In this document: positions 18,001 through 36,000 of the stretch, in pieces
How the letters are laid out: each line of letters starts with the position of its first letter
How positions within the stretch are numbered: position 1 is the stretch's first letter
Source: Eledone cirrhosa
Lineage: Eukaryota
DNA length: 64,000 nucleotides
Assembly (NCBI GenBank): GCA_964016885.1
Contig: OZ024743.1
Coordinates: forward strand, 149,110,001 to 149,174,000
Direction: 5' to 3'
Program-made: the position numbers and the translations under genes
Notes under the pieces: generated by a model
Databases searched by the model: none
Seen by the model: the letters and a program-made list of their open reading frames with translations, nothing else
What the model was told of the DNA's origin: nothing

Positions 18001-21000
18001 CACTTCAACTACCACCACCACCAGTAACAACACCTCAACTACCACCACCACCAGTAACATCACATCAACTACCACCACCACCAGTAACATCACCTCCACT
18101 ACCACCACCACCACCAGTAACATCACCTCAACTACCACCACCACCAGTAACATCACCTCAACTACCACCACCACCAGTAACATCACCTCAACTACCACCA
18201 CCACCAGTAACATCACCTCAAATACCACCACCACCAGTAACAACACCTCAACTACCACCACCACCAGTAACAACATCTCAACTACCACCACCACCAGTAA
18301 CATCACCTCAACTACCACCACCACCAGTAACATCACCTCAACTACCACCACCACCAGTAACATCACCACAACTACCACCACCACCAGTAACATAACCTCA
18401 ACTACCACCACCACCAATAACATCACCTCAACTACCACCACCACCAGTAACATCACCTCAACTACCACCACCACCAGTAACATCACCTCAACTACCACCA
18501 CCACCAGTAACAACATCTCAACTACCACCACCACCAGTAACATCACCTAAACTACCACCACCACCAGTAACAACACCTCAACTACCACCACCATCAGTAA
18601 CATCACCTCAACTACCACCACCACCAGTAACAACACCTCAACTACCACCACCACCAGTAACATCACCTCAACTACCACCACCACCAGTAACATCACCTCA
18701 ACTACCACCACCACCAGTAACATCACCTCAACTACCACCACCACCAGTAACATCACCTCAACTACCACCACCACCAGTAACATCACCTCAACTACCACCA
18801 CCACCAGTAACATCACCTCAACTACCACCACCACCAGTAACAATATCACCTCAACTACCACCACCACTGGTAACATCACCTCAACTACCACCACCACCAG
18901 TAACATCACCTCAACTACCACCACCACCAGTAACATCACCTCAACTACCACCACCACCAGTAACAACACCACCTCAACTACCACCACCACCAGTAACATC
19001 ACCTCAACTCCCACCATCACCAATAACATCACCTCAACCACCACCACCACCAGTAACATCACCTCAACCACCACCACCAGTAACATCACCTCAACTACCA
19101 CCACCACCAGTAACAACATCACCTCAACTACCACCACCACCAGTAACATCACCTCAACTACCACCACCACCATTAACATCAACTCAACTACCACCACCAC
19201 CAGTAACATCACCTCCACTACCACCACCACCAGTAACAACATCACCTCAACCACCACCACCACCAGTAACATCACCTCAACCACCACCACCACCAGTAAC
19301 ATCACCTCATCCACCACCACCACCAGTAACAACATCACCTCAATCACCACCACCACCACCAGTAACATCACCTCAACCACCACCACCACCAGTAACATCA
19401 CCTCGACCACCACCACCACCAGTAACATCACCTCAACTACCACCACCACCAGTAACATCACCTCAACTACCACCACCACCAGTAACATCACCTCAACTAC
19501 CACCACCACCAGTAACATCACCTCAACTACCACCACCACCAGTAACAACACCTCAGCTACCACCACCACCAGTAACATCAACTCAACTACCACCACCTGT
19601 AACATCACCTCAACTACCACCACCACCAGTAACATCACCTCAACTACCACCACCAGTAACATCACCTCAACTACCACCACCACCAGTAACATCACCTCAA
19701 CTACCACCACCAGTAACATCACCTCAACTACCACCACCATCAGTAACATCACCTCAACTGCCACCACCACCAGTAACATCACCTAAACTACCACCACCAC
19801 CAGTAACAACATCACCTCAACTACCACCACCACCAGTAACATCACCTCAACTACCACCACCAGTAACATCACCTCAACTACCACCACCACCAGTAACATC
19901 ACCTATACTACCACCACAACCAGTAACAACATCAACTCAACTACCACCACCACCAGTAACATCAGCTCAACTACCACTACCACCAGTAACATCACCTCAA
20001 CTACCACCACCACCAGTAACATCACCTCAACTACCACCACCACCAGTAACATCACCTTAACTACCACCACCACCAGTAACATCACCTCAACTACCACCAC
20101 CACCAATAACATCACCTCAACTACCACCACCACCAGTAACATCACATCAGCTACCAACACCACTAGTAACATCACCTCAACTACCACCACCACCAGTAAC
20201 ATCACCCCAACTACCACCACCATCACCAGTAACATCACCTCAACTACCACCACCACCAGTAACATCACCTCAACTACCACCACCACCAGTAACAACATCA
20301 CCTCAACTACCACCAACAGTAACATCACCCCAACTACCACCACCACCAGTAACATCACCTCAACTACCACCATCAGTAACATCACCTCAACTGCCACCAC
20401 CACCAGTAACATCACCTCAACTACCACCACCACCAGTAACATCACCTCAACTACCACCACCACCAGTAACATCACCTCAACTACCACCACAACCAGTAAC
20501 ATCACCCCAACTACCACCACCACCACCAGTAACATCACCTCAACTACCACCACCACCAGTAACATCACCTCAACTACCACCACCACCAGTAACAACATCA
20601 CCTCAACCACCACCAACAGTAACATCACCTCAACTACCAACATCACCAGTAACATCACCTCAACTACCACCACCACCAGTAACATCACCTCAACTACCAC
20701 CACCACCAGTAACATCACCTCAACTACCACCACCACCAGTAACATCACCTCAACTACCACCACCACCAGTAACAACATCACCTCAACCACCACCACCAGT
20801 AACATCACCTCAACTACCAACATCACCAGTAACATCACCTCAAATACCACCACCACCAGTAACATCACCTCAACTACCACCACCACCAGTAACAACATCA
20901 CCTCAACCACCACCACCAGTAACATCACCTCAACTACCAACATCACCAGTAACATCACCTCAACTACCACCACCACCAGTAACATCACCTCAACTACCAC

Positions 21001-24000
21001 CACCACCAGTAACATCACCTCAACTACCACCACCACCAGTAACATAACCTCAACTACCACCACCACCAGTAACAACATCACCTCAACCACCACCACCAGT
21101 AACATCACCTCAACTACCAACATCATCAGTAACATCACCTCAACTACCACCACCACCAGTAACATCACCTCAATTACCACCACCACCAGTAACATCACCT
21201 CAACTACCACCACCACCAGTAACAACACCTCAACTACCACCACCACCAGTAACAACATCTCAACTACCACCACCACCAGTAACATCACCTCAACTACCAC
21301 CACCACCAGTAACATCACCTCAACTACCACCACCACCAGTAACATCACCTCAACTACCACCACCACCAGTAACATCACCTCAACTACCACCACCACCAGT
21401 AACATCACCTCAACTACCACCACCACCAGTAACATCACCTCAACTACCACCACCACCAGTAACAACACCTCAACTACCACCACCACCAGTAACATCACCT
21501 CAACTACCACCACCACCAGTAACATCACCTCAACTACCACCACCACCAGTAACATCACCTCAACTACCACCACAACCAGTAACATCACCCCAACTACCAC
21601 CACCACCACCAGTAACATCACCTCAACTACCACCACCACCAGTAACATCACCTCAACTACCACCACCACCAGTAACAACATCACCTCAACCACCACCAAC
21701 AGTAACATCACCTCAACTACCAACATCACCAGTAACATCACCTCAACTACCACCACCACCAGTAACATCACCTCAACTACCACCACCACCAGTAACATCA
21801 CCTCAACTACCACCACCACCAGTAACATCACCTCAACTACCACCACCACCAGTAACAACATCACCTCAACCACCACCACCAGTAACATCACCTCAACTAC
21901 CAACATCACCAGTAACATCACCTCAAATACCACCACCACCAGTAACATCACCTCAACTACCACCACCACCAGTAACAACATCACCTCAACCACCACCACC
22001 AGTAACATCACCTCAACTACCAACATCACCAGTAACATCACCTCAACTACCACCACCACCAGTAACATCACCTCAACTACCACCACCACCAGTAACATCA
22101 CCTCAACTACCACCACCACCAGTAACATCACCTCAACTACCACCACCACCAGTAACAACATCACCTCAACCACCACCACCAGTAACATCACCTCAACTAC
22201 CAACATCATCAGTAACATCACCTCAACTACCACCACCACCAGTAACATCACCTCAATTACCACCACCACCAGTAACATCACCTCAACTACCACCACCACC
22301 AGTAACAACACCTCAACTACCACCACCACCAGTAACAACATCTCAACTACCACCACCACCAGTAACATCACCTCAACTACCACCACCACCAGTAACATCA
22401 CCTCAACTACCACCACCACCAGTAACATCACCTCAACTACCACCACCACCAGTAACATCACCTCAACTACCACCACCACCAGTAACATCACCTCAACTAC
22501 CACCACCACCAGTAACATCACCTCAACTACCACCACCACCAGTAACAACACCTCAACTACCACCACCACCAGTAACAACACCTCAACTACCACCACCACC
22601 AGTAACATCACCTCAACTACCACCACCACCAGTAACATCACCTCAACTACCACCACCACCAGTAACATCACCTCAACACCACCACCACCAGTAACATCAC
22701 CTCAACTACCACCACCACCAGTAACATCACCCCAACTACCACCACCACCAGTAACATCACCTCAACTACCACCACCACCAGTAACAACATCTCAACTACC
22801 ACCACCACCAGTAACATCACCTAAACTACCACCACCACCAGTAACAACACCTCAACTACCACCACCATCAGTAACATCACCTCAACTCCCACCATCACCA
22901 ATAACATCACCTCAACCACCACCACCACCAGTAACATCACCTCAACCACCACCACCAGTAACATCACCTCAACTACCACCACCACCAGTAACAACATCAC
23001 CTCAACTACCACCACCACCAGTAACATCACCTCAACTACCACCACCACCATTAACATCAACTCAACTACCACCACCACCAGTAACATCACCTCCACTACC
23101 ACCACCACCAGTAACAACATCACCTCAACCACCACCACCACCAGTAACATCACCTCAACCACCACCACCACCAGTAACATCACCTCATCCACCACCACCA
23201 CCAGTAACAACATCACCTCAACCACCACCACCACCACCAGTAACATCACCTCAACCACCACCACCACCAGTAACATCACCTCAACCACCACCACCACCAG
23301 TAACATCACCTCAACTACCACCACCACCAGTAACATCACCTCAACTACCACCACCACCAGTAACATCACCTCAACTACCACCACCACCAGTAACAACACC
23401 TCAGCTACCACCACCACCAGTAACATCAACTCAACTACCACCACCTGTAACATCACCTCAACTACCACCACCACCAGTAACATCACCTCAACTACCACCA
23501 CCAGTAACATCACCTCAACTACCACCACCACCAGTAACATCACCTCAACTACCACCACCAGTAACATCACCTCAACTACCACCACCATCAGTAACATCAC
23601 CTCAACTGCCACCACCACCAGTAACATCACCTAAACTACCACCACCACCAGTAACAACATCACCTCAACTACCACCACCACCAGTAACATCACCTCAACT
23701 ACCACCACCAGTAACATCACCTCAACTACCACGACCACCAGTAACATCACCTATACTACCACCACAACCAGTAACAACATCACCTCAACTACCACCACCA
23801 CCAGTAACATCACCTCAACTACCACCACCACCAGTAACATCACCTTAACTACCACCACCACCAGTAACATCACCTCAACTACCACCACCACCAATAACAT
23901 CACCTCAACTACCACCACCACCAGTAACATCACATCAGCTACCAACACCACTAGTAACATCACCTCAACTACCACCACCACCAGTAACATCACCCCAACT

Positions 24001-27000
24001 ACCACCACCATCACCAGTAACATCACCTCAACTACCACCACCACCAGTAACATCACCTCAACTACCACCACCACCAGTAACAACATCACCTCAACTACCA
24101 CCAACAGTAACATCACCCCAACTACCACCACCACCAGTAACATCACCTCAACTACCACCATCAGTAACATCACCTCAACTGCCACCACCACCAGTAACAT
24201 CACCTCAACTACCACCACCACCAGTAACATCACCTCAACTACCACCACCACCAGTAACATCACCTCAACTACCACTACAACCATTAACATCACCCCAACT
24301 ACCACCACCACCACCAGTAACATCACCTCAACTACCACCACCACCAGTAACATCACCTCAACTACCACCACCACCAGTAACAACATCACCTCAACCACCA
24401 CCAACAGTAACATCACCTCAACTACCAACATCACCAGTAACATCACCTCAACTACCACCACCACCAGTAACATCACCTCAACTACCACCACCACCAGTAA
24501 CATCACCTCAACTACCACCACCACCAGTAACATCACCTCAACTACCACCACCACCAGTAACAACATCACCTCAACCACCACCACCAGTAACATCACCTCA
24601 ACTACCAACATCACCAGTAACATCACCTCAAATACCACCACCACCAGTAACATCACCTCAACTACCACCACCACCAGTAACAACATCACCTCAACCACCA
24701 CCACCAGTAACATCACCTCAACTACCAACATCACCAGTAACATCACCTCAACTACCACCACCACCAGTAACATCACCTCAACTACCACCACCACCAGTAA
24801 CATCACCTCAACTACCACCACCACCAGTAACATCACCTCAACTACCACCACCACCAGTAACAACATCACCTCAACCACCACCACCAGTAACATCACCTCA
24901 ACTACCAACATCATCAGTAACATCACCTCAACTACCACCACCACCAGTAACATCACCTCAATTACCACCACCACCAGTAACATCACCTCAACTACCACCA
25001 CCACCAGTAACAACACCTCAACTACCACCACCACCAGTAACAACATCTCAACTACCACCACCACCAGTAACATCACCTCAACTACCACCACCACCAGTAA
25101 CATCACCTCAACTACCACCACCACCAGTAACATCACCTCAACTACCACCACCACCAGTAACATCACCTCAACTACCACCACCACCAGTAACATCACCTCA
25201 ACTACCACCACCACCAGTAACATCACCTCAACTACCACCACCACCAGTAACAACACCTCAACTACCACCACCACCAGTAACAACACCTCAACTACCACCA
25301 CCACCAGTAACATCACCTCAACTACCACCACCACCAGTAACATCACCTCAACTACCACCACCACCAGTAACATCACCTCAACTACCACCACCACCAGTAA
25401 CATCACCCCAACTACCACCACCACCAGTAACATCACCTCAACTACCACCACCACCAGTAACAACATCACCTCAACTACCACCACCACCAGTAACATCACC
25501 TCAACTACCACCACCACCAGTAACAACACCTCAACTACCACCACCATCAGTAACATCACCTCAACTACCACCACCACCAGTAACAACACCTCAACTACCA
25601 CCACCACCAGTAACATCACCTCAACTACCACCACCACCAGTAACATCACCTCAACTACCACCACCACCAGTAACATCACCTCAACTACCACCACCACCAG
25701 TAACATCACCTCAACTACCACCACCACCAGTAACATCACCTCAACTACCACCACCACCAGTAACATCACCTCAACTAGCACCACCACCAGTAACAACATC
25801 ACCTCAACTACCACCACCACTGGTAACATCACCTCAACTACCACCACCACCAGTAACATCACCTCAACTACCACCACCACCAGTAACATCACCTCAACTA
25901 CCACCACCACCAGTAACAACATCACCTCAACTACCACCACCACCAGTAACATCACCTGAACTCCCACCATCACCAATAACATCACCTCAACCACCACCAC
26001 CACCAGTAACATCACCTCAACCACCACCACCACCAGTAACATCACCTCAACTACCACCAGCACCAGTAACAACATCACCTCAACTACCACCACCACCAGT
26101 AACATCACCTCAACTACCACCACCACCATTAACATCAACTCAACTACCACCACCACCAGTAACATCACCTCCACTACCACCACCACCAGTAACAACATCA
26201 CCTCAACCACCACCACCACCAGTAACATCACCTCAACCACCACCACCACCAGTAACATCACCTCATCCACCACCACCACCAGTAACAACATCACCTCAAC
26301 CACCACCACCACCACCAGTAACATCACCTCAACCACCACCACCACCAGTAACATCACCTCAACCACCACCACCACCAGTAACATCACCTCAACTACCACC
26401 ACCACCAGTAACATCACCTCAACTACCACCACCACCAGTAACATCACCTCAACTACCACCACCACCAGTAACATCACCTCAACTACCACCACCACCAGTA
26501 ACAACACCTCAGCTACCACCACCACCAGTAACATCACCTCAACTACCACCACCAGTAACATCACCTCAACTACCACCACCACCAGTAACATCACCTCAAC
26601 TACCACCACCAGTAACATCACCTCAACTACCACCACCACCAGTAACATCACCTCAACTACCACCACCAGTAACATCACCTCAACTACCACCACCATCAGT
26701 AACATCACCTCAACTACCACCACCACCAGTAACATCACCTCAACTGCCACCACCACCAATAACATCACCTAAACTACCACCACCACCAGTAACAACATCA
26801 CCTCAACTACCACCACCACCAGTAACATCACCTCAACTACCACCACCAGTAACATCACCTCAACTACCACCACCACCAGTAACATCACCTCAACTACCAC
26901 CACCACCTGTAACATCACCTATACTACCACCACAACCAGTAACAACATCAACTCAACTACCACCACCACCAGTAACATCAGCTCAACTACCACTACCACC

Positions 27001-30000
27001 AGTAACATCACCTCAACTACCACCACCACCAGTAACATCACCTCAACTACCACCACCACCAGTAACATCACCTTAACTACCACCACCACCAGTAACATCA
27101 CCTCAACTACCACCACAACCAATAACATCACCTCAACTACCACCACCACCAGTAACATCACCTCAACTACCACCACCACCAATAACATCACCTCAACTAC
27201 CACCACCACCAGTAACATCACCTCAACTACCACCACCACCAGTAACATCACCCCAACTACCACCACCATCACCAGTAACATCACCTCAACTACCACCACC
27301 ACCAGTAACATCACCTCAACTACCACCACCACCAGTAACAACATCACCTCAACTACCACCACCACCAGTAACATCACCTCAACTACCACCACCACCAGTA
27401 ACATCACCTCAACTACCACCACAACCAGTAACATCACCCCAACTACCACCACCACCACCAGTAACATCACCTCAACTACCACCACCACCAGTAACATCAC
27501 CTCAACTACCACCACCACCAGTAACAACATCACCTCAACCACCACCACCAGTAACATCACCTCAACTACCAACATCACCAGTAACATCACCTCAACTACC
27601 ACCACCACCAGTAACATCACCTCAACTACCACCACCACCAGTAACATCACCTCAACTACCACCACCACCAGTAACATCACCTCAACTACCACCACCACCA
27701 GTAACAACATCACCTCAACCACCACCACCAGTAACATCACCTCAACTACCAACATCACCAGTAACATCACCTCAACTACCACCACCACCACCAGTAACAT
27801 CACCTCAACTACCACCACCACCAGTAACATCACCTCAACTACCACCACCACCAGTAACATCACCCCAACTGCCACCACCACCAGTAACATCACCTCAACT
27901 ACCACCACCACCAGTAACATCACCTCAACTACCACCACCATCAGCAACATCACCTCAACTACCACCACCACCAGTAACATCACCCCAACTGCCACCACCA
28001 CCAGTAACATCACCTCAACTACCACCACCACCAGTAACATCACCTCAACTACCACTACCACCAGTAACATCACCCCAACTACCACCACCACCAGTAACAA
28101 CATCATGTCAACTACCACCACCACCAGTAACAACATCACCTCAACCACCACCACCACTGGTAACATCACCCCAACTACCACCACCACCAGTAGCATCACC
28201 TCAACTACCACCACCACCAGTAACATCACCTCAACTACCACCACCACCAGTAACATCACCTCAATTACCACCATCAGTAACATCACCTCAACTACCACCA
28301 CCAGTAACATCACCTCAACTACCACCACCACCAGTAACATCACCCCAACTACCACCACCACCAGTAACATCACCTCAACTACCACCACAACCAGTAACAT
28401 CACCCCAACTACCAACACAACCAGTAACATCACCTCAACTACCACCACCACCAGTAACATCACCTCAACTACCACCACCACCAGTAACATCACCTCAACT
28501 ACCACCAGCACCACCAGTAACATCACCTCAACTACCACCAGCACCACCAGTAACATCACCTCAACCACCACCACCACCAGTAACATCACCCCAACTACCA
28601 CCACCACCAGTAACATCACCTCAACTACCACCACCACCAGTAACATCACCTCAACTACCACCACCACCAGTAACATCACCTCAACTACCACCACCACCTG
28701 TAACCTCACCTCAACTACCACCACCACCAGTAACATCACCTCAACTACCACCACCACCAGTAACATCACCTCAACTACCACCACCACCAGTAACAACATC
28801 ACCTCAACTACCACCACCACCACCAGTAACATCACCTCAACTACCACCACCACCAGTAACATCACCTCAACTACCGCCACCACCAGTAACAACGCCTCAA
28901 CTACCAACACCACCAGTAACATCACCTCAACTACCACCACCAGTAACATCACCTCAACTACCACCACCACCACCAGTAACATCACCCCAACTCCCACCAT
29001 CACCAGTAACAACATCACCTCAACCACCACCACCGCCAGTAACATCACGTCAAGTACCACCACCACCAGTAACATCACCCCAACTACCACCACCACCAGT
29101 AACATCACCTCAACTACAACCACCACCAGTAACAACACCTCAACTACCACCACCAGTAACATCACCTCAACTACCTCCACCACCAGTAACATCACCTCAA
29201 CTACCACCACCACCACCAGTAACAACATCACCTTAACTACCACCACCACCAGTAACAACACCTCAACTACCACCACCACCAGTAACATCACCTCAACTAC
29301 CACCACCACCATTAACAACATCACCTCAACTACCAACACCAGTAACATCACCTCAACTACCAACACCAGTAACATCACCCCAAATACCACCACCACCAGT
29401 AACATCACCTCAACTACCACCACCACCAGTAACATCACCTCAACTACCACCACCACCAGTACCAACATCACCTCAACTACCACCACCACCAGTAACATCA
29501 CCTCAACTACCACCACCACCAGTAACATCACCTCAACTACCACCACCACCAGTACCAACACCACCTCAACTACCACCACCACCAGTAACAACACCTCAAC
29601 TACCACCATCATCAGTAACATCACCTCAACTACCACCACCACCAGTACCAACATCACCTCAACTACCACCACCACCAGTAACATCACCTCAACTACCACC
29701 ACCACCAGTAACATCACCTCAACTACCACCACCACCAGTAACAACATCACCTCAACTCCCACCACCACTAGTAACATCACCTCAACTACCACCACCAGTA
29801 ACATCACCTCAACTACCCCCACCACCAGTAACATCACCTCAACTACCACCACCACCACCAGTAACAACATCAATTCAACCACCACCACCATCAGTAACAT
29901 CACCTCAACTACCACCACTACCAGTAACATCACATCAACTACCACCACCACCAGTAACATCACCTCAACTACCACCACCACCAGTAACAACACCTCAACT

Positions 30001-33000
30001 ACCACCACCACCAGTAGCATCACCTCAACTACCACCACCAGTAACATCACCTCAACTACCACCACCACCAGTAACATCACCTCAACCACCACCACCACCA
30101 GTAATATCACCTCAACTACCACCACCACCAGTAACATCACCTCATCTACCACCATCACCACCAGTAACAACACCTCAACTACCACCACCACCAGTAACAT
30201 CACCTCAACTACCACCACCACCAGTAACAACATCACCTCAACCACTACCACCGCCAGTAACAACATCACCTCAACTACCACCACCACCAGTAACATCACC
30301 TCAACTACCACCACCACCAGTAAATCACCTCAACTACCACCACCACCAGTAACATCACCTCAACTACCACCACCACCAGTAACATCACCTCAACTACCAC
30401 CACCACCAGTAACATCACCCCAACTACCACCAGTAACATCACCTCAACTACCACCACCACCAGTAACATCACCTCAACTACCACCACCACCAGTAACATC
30501 ACCCCAACTACCACCACCACCAGTAACAACATCATGTCAACTACCAGCACCACCAGTAACATCACCTCAACTACCACCACCACCAGTAACATCACCCCAA
30601 CTCCCACCACCACCAGTAACATCACCTCAACTACCACCACCACCGGTAACATCACCTCAACTACCACCACCACCAGTAACATCACCTCAACTACCACCAC
30701 CACCAGTAACAACATCATGTCAACTACCAGCACCACCAGTAACATCACCTCAACTACCACCACCACCAGTAACATCACCTCAACTGCCACCAACACCAGT
30801 AACATCACCCCAACTACCACCACCACCAGTAACATCACCCAAACTCCCACCACCACCAGTAACATCACCTCAACTACCACCACCACCGGTAACATCACCT
30901 CAACAACCACCACCACCAGTAACATCACCTCAACTACCACCACCACCAGTAACATCACCTCAACCACCACCACCACCAGTAACATCACCTCAACCACCAC
31001 CACCACCAGTAACATCAACTCAACCACTACCACCGCCAGTAACATCACCTCAACCACCACCACCAGTAACATCACCTCAACTACCACCACCACCAGTAAC
31101 AACACCTCAACTACCACCACCACCAGTAACAACATCACCTCAACCACTACCACCGCCAGTAACATCACCTCAACTACCACCGCCACCAGTAACATCACCT
31201 CAACCACCAACACCACCAGTAACATCACCTCAACTACCACCACCAGTAACATCACCTCAACTACCACCACCACCACCAGTAACATCACCTCAACTACCAC
31301 CACCACCAGTAACATCACCTCAACTACCGCCACCACCAGTAACAACGCCTCAACTACCAACACCACCAGTAACATCACCTCAACTACCACCACCAGTGAC
31401 ATTACCTCAACTACCACCACCACCACCAGTAACATCACCCCAACACCCACCATCACCAGTAACAACATCACCTCAACCACCACCACCGCCAGTAACATCA
31501 CGTCAAGTACCACCACCACCAGTAACATCACCCCAACTACCACCACCACCAGTAACATCACCTCAACTACAACCACCACCAGTAACAACACCTCAACTAC
31601 CACCACCAGTAACATCACCTCAACTACCTCCACCACCAGTAACATCACCTCAACTACCACCACCACCACCAGTAACAACATCACCTTAACTACCACCACC
31701 ACCAGTAACAACACCTCAACTACCACCACCACCAGTAACATCACCTCAACTACCACCACCACCAGTAACAACATCACCTCAACTACCAACACCAGTAACA
31801 TCACCTCAACTACCAACACCAGTAACATCACCCCAAATACCACCACCACCAGTAACATCACCTCAACTACCACCACCACCAGTAACATCACCTCAACTAC
31901 CACCACCACCAGTACCAACATCACCTCAACTACCACCACCACCAGTACCAACACCACCTCAACTACCACCACCACCAGTAACAACACCTCAACTACCACC
32001 ATCATCAGTAACATCACCTCAACTACCACCACCACCAGTACCAACATCACCTCAACTACCACCACCACCAGTAACAACATCACCTCAACTACCACCACCA
32101 CCAGTAACACCACCTCAACCACCACCACCACCAGTAACAACATCAACTCAACTACCACCACCACCCGTAACATCACCTCAACTACCACCACCAGTAACAT
32201 CACCTCAACTACCACCACCAGTAACAACATCACCTCAACTAACACCACCACCAGTAACATCACCTCAACTACCACCACCACCAGTAACAACATCACCTCA
32301 ACTCCCACCACCACTAGTAACATCACCTCAACTACCACCACCAGTAACATCACCTCAACTACCCCCACCACCAGTAACATCACCTCAACTACCACCACCA
32401 CCACCAGTAACAACATCAATTCAACCACCACCACCATCAGTAACATCACCTCAACTACCACCACTACCAGTAACATCACATCAACTACCACCACCACCAG
32501 TAACATCACCTCAACTACCACCACCACCAGTAACAACACCTCAACTACCACCACCACCAGTAGCATCACCTCAACTACCACCACCAGTAACATCACCTCA
32601 ACTACCACCACCACCAGTAACATCACCTCAACCACCACCACCACCAGTAATATCACCTCAACTACCACCACCACCAGTAACATCACCTCATCTACCACCA
32701 TCACCACCAGTAACAACACCTCAACTACCACCACCACCAGTAACATCACCTCAACTACCACCACCACCAGTAACAACATCACCTCAACCACTACCACCGC
32801 CAGTAACAACATCACCTCAACTACCACCACCACCAGTAACATCACCTCAACTACCACCACCACCAGTAAATCACCTCAACTACCACCACCACCAGTAACA
32901 TCACCTCAACTACCACCACCACCAGTAACATCACCTCAACTACCACCACCACCAGTAACATCACCCCAACTACCACCAGTAACATCACCTCAACTACCAC

Positions 33001-36000
33001 CACCACCAGTAACATCACCTCAACTACCACCACCACCAGTAACATCACCCCAACTACCACCACCACCAGTAACAACATCATGTCAACTACCAGCACCACC
33101 AGTAACATCACCTCAACTACCACCACCACCAGTAACATCACCCCAACTCCCACCACCACCAGTAACATCACCTCAACTACCACCACCACCGGTAACATCA
33201 CCTCAACTACCACCACCACCAGTAACATCACCTCAACTACCACCACCACCAGTAACAACATCATGTCAACTACCAGCACCACCAGTAACATCACCTCAAC
33301 TACCACCACCACCAGTAACATCACCTCAACTGCCACCACCACCAGTAACATCACCCCAACTACCACCACCACCAGTAACAACATTATGTCAACTACCACC
33401 ACCGCCAGTAACATCACCTCAACTACCACCACCACCAGTAACATCACCCAAACTCCCACCACCACCAGTAACATCACCTCAACTACCACCACCACCGGTA
33501 ACATCACCTCAACAACCACCACCACCAGTAACATCACCTCAACTACCACCACCACCAGTAACATCACCTCAACCACCACCACCACCAGTAACATCACCTC
33601 AACCACCACCAGTAACATCACCTCAACCACTACCACCGCCAGTAACATCACCTCAACCACCACCACCAGTAACATCACCTCAACTACCACCACCACCAGT
33701 AACAACACCTCAACTACCACCACCACCAGTAACAACATCACCTCAACCACTACCACCGCCAGTAACATCACCTCAACTACCACCGCCACCAGTAACATCA
33801 CCTCAACCACCAACACCACCAGTAACATCACCTCAACTACCACCACCAGTAACATCACCTCAACTACCACCACCACCACCAGTAACATCACCTCAACTAC
33901 CACCACCACCAGTAACATCACCTCAACTACCGCCACCACCAGTAACAACGCCTCAACTACCAACACCACCAGTAACATCACCTCAACTACCACCACCAGT
34001 GACATCACCTCAACTACCACCACCACCACCAGTAACATCACCCCAACTCCCACCATCACCAGTAACAACCTCACCTCAACCACCACCACCACCAGTAACA
34101 TCACGTCAAGTACCACCACCACCTGTAACATCACCCCAACTAACCACCACCACCAGTAACATCACCTCAACTACAACCACCACCAGTAACAACACCTCAA
34201 CTACCACCACCAGTAACATCACCTCAACTACCTCCACCACCAGTAACATCACCTCAACTACCACCACCACCACCAGTAACAACATCACCTTAACTACCAC
34301 CACCACCAGTAACAACACCTCAACTACCACCACCACCAGTAACATCACCTCAACTACCAACACCAGTAACATCACCCCAAATACCACCACCACCAGTAAC
34401 ATCACCTCAACTACCACCACCACCAGTAACATCACCTCAACTACCACCACCACCAGTAACATCACCCCAACTACCACCACCACCAGTAACATCACCTCAA
34501 CTACCAACACCAGTAACATCACCTGAACTACCACCACCACCACCAGTAACATCACCTCAACTACCACCACCACCAGTACCAACATCACCTCAACTACCAC
34601 CACCACCAGTAACAACACCTCAACTACCACCATCATCAGTAACATCACCTCAACTACCACCACGACCAGTAACAACATCACCTCAACTACCACCACCACC
34701 AGTAACATCACCTCAACCACCACCACCACCAGTAACAACATCAACTCAACTACCACCACCACCCGTAACATCACCTCAACTACCACCACCACCAGTAACA
34801 TCACCTCAACTACCGCCACCAGTAACAACATCACCTCAACTAACACCACCACCAGTAACATCACCTCAACTACCACCACCACCAGTAACAACATCACCTC
34901 AACTCCCACCACCACTAGTAACATCACCTCAACTACCACCACCAGTAACATCACATCAACTACCCCCACCACCAGTAACATCACCTCAACTACCACCACC
35001 ACCAGTAACAACATCACTTCAACCACCACCACCATCAGTAACATCACCTCAACTACCACCACTACCAGTAACATCACCTCAACTACCACCACCAGTAACA
35101 TCACATCAACTACCACCACCACCAGTAACATCACCTCAACTACCACCACCACCAGTAACAACACCTCAACTACCACCACCACCAGTAACATCACCTCAAC
35201 TACCACCACCAGTAACATCACCTCAACTACCACCACCACCAGTAACAACACCTCAACTACCACCACCACCAGTAACATCACCTCAACCACCATCACCACC
35301 AGTAACATCACCTCAACTACCACCACCACCAGTAACATCACCTCAACTACCACCACCACCAGTAACATCACCTCAACTACCACCACCACCAGTAACATCA
35401 CCTCAACTACCACCACCACCAGTAACATCACCCCAACTACCACCAGTAACATCACCTCAACTACCACCACCACCAGTAACATCACCTCAACTACCACCAC
35501 CACCAGTAAGATCACCCCAACTACCACCACCACCAGTAACATCACCTCAACTACCACCACCACCAGTAACATCACCTCAACTACCACCACCACCAGTAAC
35601 ATCACCTCAACTACCACCACCACCAGTAACATCACCCCAACTCCCACCACCACCAGTAACATCACCTCAACTACCACCACCACCAGTAATATCACCTCAA
35701 ATACCACCACCACCAGTAACATCACCTCAACTACCATCACCACCAGTAACATCACCCCAACTACCACCACCACCACCAGTAACATCACCTCAACCACCAC
35801 CACCACCAGTAACATCACCTCAACTGCCACCACCACCAGTAACATCACCTCAACTACCACCACCACCAGTAACATCACCCCAACTACCACCACCACCAGT
35901 AACAACATCACCTGAACTACCAACACAACCAGTAACATCACCTCAACTACCACCACCACCAGTAACATCACCCCAACTACAACCACCACCACCAGTAACA

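Noticed and set aside
28105-34526. Plus-strand ORFs switching from Thr-rich to (VTSPQLPPPP)n, resembling a mucin-extensin fusion
   Set aside because: The switch is a 1-bp deletion (30323, duplicated at 32869) between two frames that are both open by construction. The ATGs are sporadic variants in mid-array.
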